Assembly (NCBI GenBank): GCA_043826565.1
Contig: JBDRPX010000006.1
Coordinates: 14,456-78,455, forward strand
Source: Candidatus Omnitrophota bacterium
Lineage (GTDB): Bacteria > Omnitrophota > Gorgyraeia > B26-G9
Direction: 5' to 3'
DNA length: 64,000 nt
Shown here: in pieces, positions 45,593 to 52,711 of the stretch
Numbering within the stretch: position 1 is the stretch's first letter
Layout: each line of letters begins with the position of its first letter
Made by a program: the position numbers and the translations under genes
The notes under the pieces: generated by a model
Databases searched by the model: none
The model's input: only the letters and a program-made list of their open reading frames with translations
What the model was told of the DNA's origin: nothing

Positions 45593-45922
45593 CTAAATTT
45601 TTCTTGAATATAAGAGCAATTGAATTGTGGCAATTATATGGAAAAGAATCGCAAAACATAATACGAGGATTCCTTCTTCTCCCAAAGGAGGCAGAAAAAA
45701 CATAACCATACCGATAAGTACTATCGGAATTGACCAATATATGAATATTTTTCCTCCGTATTCATTGATCTTATACCAATTTTCTTCTGATTTAAATGCT
45801 TTCGGCAGCCTCATTCCATACCATCTATTCATTTTTATTTTTCTTTTTAAAAGCGGCAGGCATAAAGCGACCATAAGCAGCCCATAGAAAATGACTAGTG
45901 CCGCGATTTTGATATTATTCAT
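45593..45922 (-). CDS. SdpI/YhfL family membrane protein
   Basis: N.WYGMRLPKAFKSEENWYKIN.YGG motif between TM helices. Confidence 0.82.
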   Translation of the reverse strand: MNNIKIAALVIFYGLLMVALCLPLLKRKIKMNRWYGMRLPKAFKSEENWYKINEYGGKIFIYWSIPIVLIGMVMFFLPPLGEEGILVLCFAILFHIIATIQLLLYSRKI

Positions 45923-45965
45923 ATTTTATGCCTTTGCGAATTCAAAATGTTTAATCAGAATTATC

Positions 45966-46664
45966 CTAATGGGTTTTGGTAAAATGAGTCGAGAAATATT
46001 CCGGTAATTTCGTTTCAAACCTCATCTCTTGATTATTCAAAGGGTGTTTAAACTTAATCGACCACGCGTGCAATGCTAAACGCCCCTTTGTGCTCTTGCC
46101 GTATTTCATATCCCCGACAATGGGATGCCCGTTTTCCGCCAAGTGAACACGAATTTGATTTTTTTTACCGGTCAAAAGATCAATTTCCAATAAACTATAC
46201 TTATTAGATTCCCTGATTACCTTATATTGGGTTCTCGCGAATTTCCCTTCTTGGGGATTGCCCACAGTCCGCATTTTATAATCATCATCTTCCGCGATAT
46301 AAGATTCTATTATACTGCTTTTTTTCTTTAAATTACCATAGACTAAAGCCAGGTATTTCTTTTCTACATTTTTCCACTGTTTCGCAAAGTTCTCGCGGAT
46401 CTCCAGACTTTTAGCAAAGATCAACACTCCCGAAGTTTCCCGGTCCAGCCGATGCACAACAAACAGCTCGATCCTTGCTTTGGGATTGCCTTTTTTAACA
46501 TAATTTGTAAGTAACTGATGCGCGGTTTTTTCTTTTTCGTAATTAGCTTTAACACTTAAAAGCCCCGCGCTTTTATCAATGACGATGATCGCCCGGTCTT
46601 CATAAAGGATTTTAATGCCGGCCGGTACATATCTGGTTCTTACTTTTATTTTTGATATAATCAT
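45966..46664 (-). CDS. RluA family pseudouridine synthase (no S4 domain)
   Basis: ILYED, DKSAGL, VHRLDRETSG, TGKKNQIRVH, GHPIVGD.KYG, LALHA. Confidence 0.92.
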   Translation of the reverse strand: MIISKIKVRTRYVPAGIKILYEDRAIIVIDKSAGLLSVKANYEKEKTAHQLLTNYVKKGNPKARIELFVVHRLDRETSGVLIFAKSLEIRENFAKQWKNVEKKYLALVYGNLKKKSSIIESYIAEDDDYKMRTVGNPQEGKFARTQYKVIRESNKYSLLEIDLLTGKKNQIRVHLAENGHPIVGDMKYGKSTKGRLALHAWSIKFKHPLNNQEMRFETKLPEYFSTHFTKTH

Positions 46665-46717
46665 ATTTTTTCAATCTTGTTGTTTTACGCTTTGTTTATC
46701 CCGCCGCGCCAGCAGGC

Positions 46718-47299
46718 TTAACGTGCAGATCTTCCTTGCCTTCTTTCATCACGTATTTTAAATGATTCCTCTCTTGATATGTGGACAGATTCTACCTTTT
46801 TCTCTGAGTCTGTTTTTTGCGGTGGAGCATATGACGGATCTTTTCTTAATACTATATAAACCGGTTCCATGGTTTTCCAAAGATCACAATCTAGTGCTAA
46901 AAATAAATTTTCTCCTTTTAGCATATATAACCACTTATCTCCGGAAAGATCTAACCTATCTCCCTCTATTTTCCAATTCAATATCTCGTCTTTTGATTGA
47001 TTGGAATTTCTGGAAATCAACTTCCCATCGGCTTCAAAAATAAAACATTCAAAAACTGAAGCAACTAAATAATCTAAAAAAACTTCCAGTCTTTCCTTAC
47101 TATATCTAAATTCTATAGCTTTCGTCAGTTTTTCATCATCCAGATCATCCTCGGAAATCGGGGTTTGAGCATCAAGTGATGCCGCATACCCATCCCATTT
47201 GCCAATGAGCTGGCTTTCACTATTGACAACACCATCCTCCTGCGCAAAGCAAACTGAACTCACCAATAACATAATTATTACAAAAACATATTTTTTCAT
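46718..47299 (-). CDS. Secreted hypothetical protein, possibly a lipocalin-like beta-barrel
   Basis: Signal peptide ending VCFA; LIGKW motif and WKIEGDRL pattern; AGGAG RBS. Confidence 0.6.
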   Translation of the reverse strand: MKKYVFVIIMLLVSSVCFAQEDGVVNSESQLIGKWDGYAASLDAQTPISEDDLDDEKLTKAIEFRYSKERLEVFLDYLVASVFECFIFEADGKLISRNSNQSKDEILNWKIEGDRLDLSGDKWLYMLKGENLFLALDCDLWKTMEPVYIVLRKDPSYAPPQKTDSEKKVESVHISREESFKIRDERRQGRSAR

Positions 47300-47394
47300 A
47301 AAATTCTCCTTCTTTTTTGTTAAATTTTATTTTACAATTTTATTTAATTATTTTTCTCCATATAATATTTAAGCTCAACCCCGCTATGGCGGGG

Positions 47395-48447
47395 TTACGC
47401 GGAGTTATTGTCTCTTCTATTTACAATGACACAGTTTTTAAAGCCTTTCTTCCCCTCATAAAGGGCGTCATCGGCAAGTTTTATTACCCCATCAATATCC
47501 TTTGCCTGATTAGAAGCGGCAACCCCAAAGGTCATCGTGGTCTTGAGTAAACCACAGGACATGTTTATAGACAATCCCGCAATATTTTTTCTTAAACGTT
47601 CTATTGCCAGCTTGCCTCCGTCCCAATCAGTTTCCGGAAGTAGAATTAAAAATTCTTCTCCTCCCCAGCGCCCGATAATGTCCTGCGCGCGCAAGGTATC
47701 TTTCATCGTTTTGGTTACTTCAATAAGAACAGCATCCCCATCATCATGGCCGTAACTATCATTGATATGTTTAAAATCATCAATATCGCCGATAGCGATC
47801 AGGTAAGGTTTTTTGCTGCGTATTGTCCTGATGTTTTCGAGTTCTATTAACTCGATCATCTTTCTCCGGTTAAATAAGTTTGTTAAGGGATCTGTTGTCG
47901 CGGCTATGTATAGATTATCCTGTATTTTTAGAAGCATTGACTCGTAGCGGTTTAATGATACTTGTATGAATATGGATAATACAATACCCGACCCCAGAAA
48001 AAATATATTTGTCAGCAGGTCTTTAATCGTAAACGGCAGCAAAAACTGTAAGAGAAAATGCTGAAATAGGATCACAACCATGATCAGGCCGAATTTAAAA
48101 GAATTTATCCGGGCAAAAGCGGCACCGCCGATTATTACCAGAAGATTTCCCACGAAATAGATGGAAGCAAAGCCTTCTCCGACAATAAAACACATTAAGC
48201 TGATACCGAACGCGCTGGGGATCAGGTATGCTGCGGCTAAAAGGTCAAATTTCTGTTCCGGAAGTTTTAATGCCAGATAAGAACAGAACGACAGCCAGGC
48301 CACAAGCAGTATTCTGATTTTAATAAGTGCTGAAGTATATTCAGGATAAACAAATAGATCTAAAACATAAAATGCAAGATATAGGATTACACCTAAAAAT
48401 AGATTGATGAGTATTGATTGCTTGACTTGTGATAATTGTATTTTCAT
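47395..48447 (-). CDS. Membrane-bound diguanylate cyclase
   Basis: About 6 TM helices, TDPLTNLFNRR, DIDDFKHINDSYGH, RxxD I-site (RAQD) and GGEEF active site. Confidence 0.93.
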   Translation of the reverse strand: MKIQLSQVKQSILINLFLGVILYLAFYVLDLFVYPEYTSALIKIRILLVAWLSFCSYLALKLPEQKFDLLAAAYLIPSAFGISLMCFIVGEGFASIYFVGNLLVIIGGAAFARINSFKFGLIMVVILFQHFLLQFLLPFTIKDLLTNIFFLGSGIVLSIFIQVSLNRYESMLLKIQDNLYIAATTDPLTNLFNRRKMIELIELENIRTIRSKKPYLIAIGDIDDFKHINDSYGHDDGDAVLIEVTKTMKDTLRAQDIIGRWGGEEFLILLPETDWDGGKLAIERLRKNIAGLSINMSCGLLKTTMTFGVAASNQAKDIDGVIKLADDALYEGKKGFKNCVIVNRRDNNSA

Positions 48448-48493
48448 ATAATTCCTAAATCATTTTCCCATAGCGTTTGAGCTCAGACTATTC

Positions 48494-48591
48494 AGCTGAT
48501 GGCTAATGGTCGATGGTCGATAGCTCACAGATGTTGCTTTTTGTTTTTTATAATATTTACTATTAGCTATTATCCATAAGCTATAAGCCAT
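48494..48591. repeat. Heptamer-repeat inverted array downstream of the Y1 transposase
   Basis: AGCTGAT GGCTAAT GGTCGAT GGTCGAT AGCTCAC ... CTATTAG CTATTAT CCATAAG CTATAAG CCAT; the arms are approximate reverse complements. Confidence 0.7.
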
Positions 48592-48830
48592 TTTGTTTGC
48601 CTGAAGTGAATCATTATAGATTAATTAAATTATCAATATCATTTTCCCAATTTTCGGGATTGGTTGTAATATAATTTCTGATTTTATTTAATGATTTATC
48701 GTTACGGATAATGTGATCGTGAAATGATCGTTGCCAGATTTGTCCGCAAACATTCAGATTTTCGTTATTAATATATTGCAGATATTCAACAGATATTTTT
48801 GATTTTAATGACCCGATAATGTTTGATATC

Positions 48831-48856
48831 GTAGGGACAGGGCTTGCCCCTGTCCG
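48831..48856 (+). repeat. REP-like palindrome inside the transposase gene
   Basis: GTAG-GGACAGGG-CTTGC-CCCTGTCC-G. Confidence 0.8.
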
Positions 48857-48995
48857 TTTATTTATAATTAAAATACCGTGTAAATGGTTAGGCATGATAA
48901 TATATTGATCCAATTCAATGTTTTTATACTGATTAGGTAAATCGTTCCATTGGCTATCAATAATTTGACCTAATTTGGTTAATTTAATATTGTTT

Positions 48996-49021
48996 CGGAC
49001 AGCCGCAAGGGCTGTCCCTAC
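48996..49021 (-). repeat. REP-like palindrome inside the transposase gene (inverted partner)
   Basis: Minus strand GTAG-GGACAGCC-CTTGC-GGCTGTCC-G. Confidence 0.8.
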
Positions 49022-49236
49022 GTTATTTGTATATTCACCAAATATAATTTCTCGGTTTCTTGAACAAATGGTTACAAAATAATAACCTTCCAGCGAATAA
49101 TCATAATCCTTTAATCTATTTAATTTTCTTGTTTTTAAATTTTGCATTTTTATTTCACTCTAACAATTAATATACATACTACACGTTTACCTGTTAAGTT
49201 AGTCTTTAATCAAATCTTTTTAGCTTAAAATCTTCG

Positions 49237-49584
49237 TTATTGTGATAAGTATGTTCTTATCTGAATAAGATTATCGGTTAAAGGTATTTTGCTCAGATCA
49301 CAAAACCTATAGAACAACCAAATAAAAAAGAGGATTATTACAAAAGCAATGCCTGCAAAAATAATTAGATAAAAAAAGTTCTTTTTTAATTCCTTCTTTT
49401 CTCTTTGGGGATTATAACCTACTTTTAAAAGCAAATTATATACACATCTAAACAGTAAACCGATCGATAAAACATACATAAAAAATACCGGGATAAGATA
49501 TCCGCTTTTAAATATTTCCAGAATAAACCACCCGCAACATATTAAATACCCCAGAAAATGCATATAACCTGATTTATCAAACAT
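49237..49584 (-). CDS. Hypothetical small membrane protein
   Basis: 115 aa, about three hydrophobic segments, AAGGA RBS, very AT-rich. Confidence 0.6.
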   Translation of the reverse strand: MFDKSGYMHFLGYLICCGWFILEIFKSGYLIPVFFMYVLSIGLLFRCVYNLLLKVGYNPQREKKELKKNFFYLIIFAGIAFVIILFFIWLFYRFCDLSKIPLTDNLIQIRTYLSQ

Positions 49585-49672
49585 TTTATTTTCCTTTTTT
49601 CAGCATCCAATTAGTATCTGAGTTTCTGAAAATCTTACCTATTTATCAACTTTTATAACCCCGTCACAAAGC

Positions 49673-49706
49673 AAAAAAAGCGAGCCCCTGTTTTGAGGAA
49701 ATCGCC
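49673..49706 (-). terminator. Intrinsic terminator
   Basis: Minus strand GGCGATTTCCT-CAAAAC-AGGGGCTCGC followed by T7. Confidence 0.6.
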
Positions 49707-49778
49707 TTAAAAAATACTAAATCAACTATAATCATTAACCTAACTCCGCTAATACATTACAATAAAATCACATAAAAT

Positions 49779-49807
49779 AACGTACCATATTAGACGGATT
49801 TAGTCAA
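49779..49807 (-). promoter_or_regulatory. Putative sigma70 promoter ~100 nt upstream of a terminator
   Basis: TTGACT-17 nt-TACGTT with TG extended -10. Confidence 0.45.
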
Positions 49808-49820
49808 TTCATAAAAACCT

Positions 49821-50198
49821 TTAATGAAAAACCCCGGCTTTGCCAATACACCTTTGAACCCTACTCCCCAGTTCAGGTAATCTAAACGGCTTTAACAGAT
49901 AATCAGTTACCCCCTCAAATTCAAAAGCCTTTTTAAATTGCTCCTGAGCGGATATTATAATTATCGGAACATTACGGATGGAATTGTTATATTTAAGCTT
50001 TTTGACAAAAGTATAACCGTCAATCTTCGGCAGCATAATATCCAGAATAACTAAATCCGGATCCTCAGAAATTATCTTTTTTAAGCCCTCTTCTCCGTCA
50101 TACGCGCAAATAGCTTCATACCCGTAGGCTTCCAGATAAGACTTAATAATCTCTACCATTGCCGCTTCATCATCTACAACTAATATTTTTTTGCGCAT
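49821..50198 (-). CDS. Single-domain response regulator (receiver only)
   Basis: ILVVDDE, DLVILDIMLP (phospho-Asp), IISA, LKPF. ATG at 50198 follows GGAGG. Confidence 0.92.
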   Translation of the reverse strand: MRKKILVVDDEAAMVEIIKSYLEAYGYEAICAYDGEEGLKKIISEDPDLVILDIMLPKIDGYTFVKKLKYNNSIRNVPIIIISAQEQFKKAFEFEGVTDYLLKPFRLPELGSRVQRCIGKAGVFH

Positions 50199-50305
50199 GA
50201 TTAACACCTCCAATATCTATTGACAGTCAAAGAAAGATTGGCACACGATGTTATTCAATATTACATATTAATACAGCAAAAAAACAAGAGCTACCCTACA
50301 ATACA

Positions 50306-50334
50306 ATAATATCATATAATACTATGCTTGTCAA
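50306..50334 (-). promoter_or_regulatory. Putative sigma70 promoter of the response regulator
   Basis: TTGACA-17 nt-TATTAT with TG extended -10. Confidence 0.55.
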
Positions 50335-50381
50335 TTTATAAAGGATTTAAAAGGTACGTTTAAGGCAAGTTACAAATATTA

Positions 50382-51344
50382 CTAGATTATTAGCTTGGGC
50401 TGGTCCTTAAAAAATTTCTCAACTAAAACAGAATACTGCTCGACTTTTTTAACCTTAGTAATCGCGCGGAAAAGCTTATTTCCGCCTTCAAACGCCTTCA
50501 CCCAGTATTCCCATATCTCTTTCATCTTATCGGTTATATGGCGCGGTCCGCTTAGCTCCTGTTGGTACAAAGCAAATAGTTCATTATGAAAGCTGATAAA
50601 CCGGCCGAGCCTTTCTTTTTTTGTCCCGGAGTCTAAACCTTTGATCTGTTCCGCGAGAAAAGGATTCGTAATCCCTCCCCGGCCGATCATCCATCGATTG
50701 ATATTAGGGAAACGCTGGGAGAGTTTTTTGAATGTTTCCAAAGAATCAATATCTCCGTTATAAACCACCGGATGTTTGGTCAAAGATAAACTTTGCGCAA
50801 AAGCCGATAAATCCACTTCTCCGGAATATAATTGCTCACCGGTGCGCGGATGAATAATTATTTCCTGCAGCGGGAAATCCTTAAGTAAAGGCAGGAGTTC
50901 AAATAATTCCTGACTGTCTTTCTTCCCCAGCCTGACCTTTAATGATATTTTAATCGGCAGCGCGGGAATAACTTTATCCAGAAATTCGATTATCTGCCAA
51001 GTATAAGGAAGCAAGCCGGATCCTCTTTTTTTATTTCTTACTTTTTTATTCGGGCAGCCGAGATTCCAGTTTACACTCTCATAACCAAGTTCCGCGATAG
51101 CCTTGGCCATAGAGATGAAATCCTCCGGGCTATTGCTTAATATCTGCGGGATGATCTTAAACCCGGCTTTATTCCGCGCCGGGAAAAGATCACGCAGGAC
51201 CCGGCTTTGCGGGCTGTCAATATTACAACTGCGGATAAATGCCGTAATACAATAATCATATCCCGTAAATATGCGTGAATGAGCATTGCGGTATGTGGAG
51301 TTGGTAATGCCCTGAATCGGGGCCATATAAAGAATCTGGCTCAT
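50382..51344 (-). CDS. tRNA-dihydrouridine synthase family protein
   Basis: MAPIQGIT, PQIL, NLGCP, GSGLL, SLKVRLG, IHPRT, YNGDI, MIGRG. Confidence 0.92.
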   Translation of the reverse strand: MSQILYMAPIQGITNSTYRNAHSRIFTGYDYCITAFIRSCNIDSPQSRVLRDLFPARNKAGFKIIPQILSNSPEDFISMAKAIAELGYESVNWNLGCPNKKVRNKKRGSGLLPYTWQIIEFLDKVIPALPIKISLKVRLGKKDSQELFELLPLLKDFPLQEIIIHPRTGEQLYSGEVDLSAFAQSLSLTKHPVVYNGDIDSLETFKKLSQRFPNINRWMIGRGGITNPFLAEQIKGLDSGTKKERLGRFISFHNELFALYQQELSGPRHITDKMKEIWEYWVKAFEGGNKLFRAITKVKKVEQYSVLVEKFFKDQPKLII

Positions 51345-52549
51345 GCGTGTTTAGGCTTACTTTTTTTGTGATCAGGATGGAACGTGCGTTTCTTTTTTTC
51401 TGATTTTGGTTCCTGTGCCTGGGTTTTATGTTTATCTAAAAGAGGATTTTCTCCAACCCATATCGGCTCGACTTTCTTTTTTATAATAAGCGCATTAAAC
51501 GCGGGAAGATCATGTTTAGTAACAAAAGTAAACGCTTTTCCTTTCCTGCCCATCCTGCCGGCCCGGCCGGTACGATGCGTATACTGCTCTGCTCCTCCGG
51601 GAAAATCCCAGTTGATTATATGCGAAACATGCGAAAAATCAAGCCCCCGGCCGGCAACATCCGTAGCAATAAGATAATGGATTTCCTTTTTACGGAACTT
51701 ACGGATGATCGAAGTGCGTTTCTCCTGCCTAAGCCCGGCATGAATAAATTCAACATCTTTTACGTGATTACGTAAAGTTCGGAATAATTTATCCACCAGA
51801 TGACGGGCATTACAAAAAATGAGCGCCTGCGTGATCTTTTCGGATTTAAGAAAACTTTCCAGCTCCTGCTGTTTATTCTTGGGATGAAGATATTTAAAGC
51901 AATGTTCAATACTTGCCGGAGCCGCTCTTTTCTTAATCAGCGAAATATGCACCGGGTCCCGCAAACAGTCATGAGCAAGTATCTTGATATCATCGGCCAT
52001 GGTCGCGGAAAACAGAATCGTCTGATGTTCATGAATAATACAAGACATCAATAATTTGATATCACTAAAAAAACCTTCCTGTAAAAGCTCGTCCGCTTCA
52101 TCTAAGATCGCGCATTTTACATTGGAAAGATCGACAATACCTTCATACAAAAGATCGATCAGCCGGCCCGGCGTCGCCACGAGAATATGTACGCCGTGCT
52201 TGAGCTTGGCAATCTGTATTTCCCGGCTAAAGCCTCCGTATATGGCAAAAGGCGCTAAATCGGTCCTCTGAGCAATCGTCTGGATATCCGTAACATACTG
52301 CAGGCATAATTCACGCGTCGGCACGATCACCAGCCCCTGAATGGTATTTTCGGACGTATCTACTTTTTGGATCAGCGGAATGGCGCAAGCCGCGGTCTTG
52401 CCTGAGCCGGTCTCCGCCAGAGCGCAAAGGTCCTGGCCGGCAGCAATTATCGGATAAGTCGCCTCCTGAATCGGAGTCATGTCCTCAAAACCCATTTTTT
52501 TCAGGGACTCCAGGATATTTGACGGTAAATTAAGTTCACTAAATTTCAT
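51341..52549 (-). CDS. DEAD-box ATP-dependent RNA helicase
   Basis: Q motif TPIQ, AETGSGKT, PTREL, TPGRL, DEAD, SAT, GRGLD, HRTGRAGR. Confidence 0.95.
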   Translation of the reverse strand: MKFSELNLPSNILESLKKMGFEDMTPIQEATYPIIAAGQDLCALAETGSGKTAACAIPLIQKVDTSENTIQGLVIVPTRELCLQYVTDIQTIAQRTDLAPFAIYGGFSREIQIAKLKHGVHILVATPGRLIDLLYEGIVDLSNVKCAILDEADELLQEGFFSDIKLLMSCIIHEHQTILFSATMADDIKILAHDCLRDPVHISLIKKRAAPASIEHCFKYLHPKNKQQELESFLKSEKITQALIFCNARHLVDKLFRTLRNHVKDVEFIHAGLRQEKRTSIIRKFRKKEIHYLIATDVAGRGLDFSHVSHIINWDFPGGAEQYTHRTGRAGRMGRKGKAFTFVTKHDLPAFNALIIKKKVEPIWVGENPLLDKHKTQAQEPKSEKKKRTFHPDHKKSKPKHA

Positions 52550-52566
52550 ATATTTTTATCCTATCT

Positions 52567-52602
52567 AAAAAAAAGACAATCCCATAAAAGAAGGATCGTC
52601 TT
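52567..52602 (-). terminator. Intrinsic terminator in the 5' leader of the helicase (possible attenuator)
   Basis: Minus strand AAGACGATCC-N10-GGATTGTCTT running into a T8 tract that ends 17 nt before the helicase ATG. Confidence 0.7.
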
Positions 52603-52660
52603 AGTTTTTCAATTCTTAATTTTTCATTCCCACTCTCACCAGCTAACAACATCATACTAT

Positions 52661-52689
52661 ATGATATTATAGAAGTAAAAATAAGTCAA
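52661..52689 (-). promoter_or_regulatory. Putative sigma70 promoter of the helicase-dus operon
   Basis: TTGACT-17 nt-TATCAT. Confidence 0.65.
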
Positions 52690-52711
52690 TTTATTATTAG
52701 CAAAGCGCCGG

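Larger units (their letters stand above)
48614..49147 (-). mobile_element. REP-associated tyrosine (Y1/HUH) transposase, IS200-like
   Basis: RL..YDYS..G.YFVTIC, MPNHLHGI (HUH), WQRSFHDHIIR, catalytic Tyr in YITTNP; no tnpB nearby. Confidence 0.88.

Noticed and set aside
48614-49584. IS200/IS605 element with TnpB or another RNA-guided nuclease
   Set aside because: No TnpB/IscB ORF nearby; the neighbouring 115-aa ORF is hydrophobic with no RuvC or Zn-finger motifs.
50220-50230. TTGAC-A-GTCAA palindrome upstream of the response regulator
   Set aside because: A single 11-bp palindrome with no second copy noticed; compatible with chance.
52600-52655. preQ1-I riboswitch, suggested by the AAAAACTAA tail before the terminator
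   Set aside because: No P1 stem with the conserved loop found upstream, and the downstream genes are not queuosine genes; an Rfam scan would settle it.
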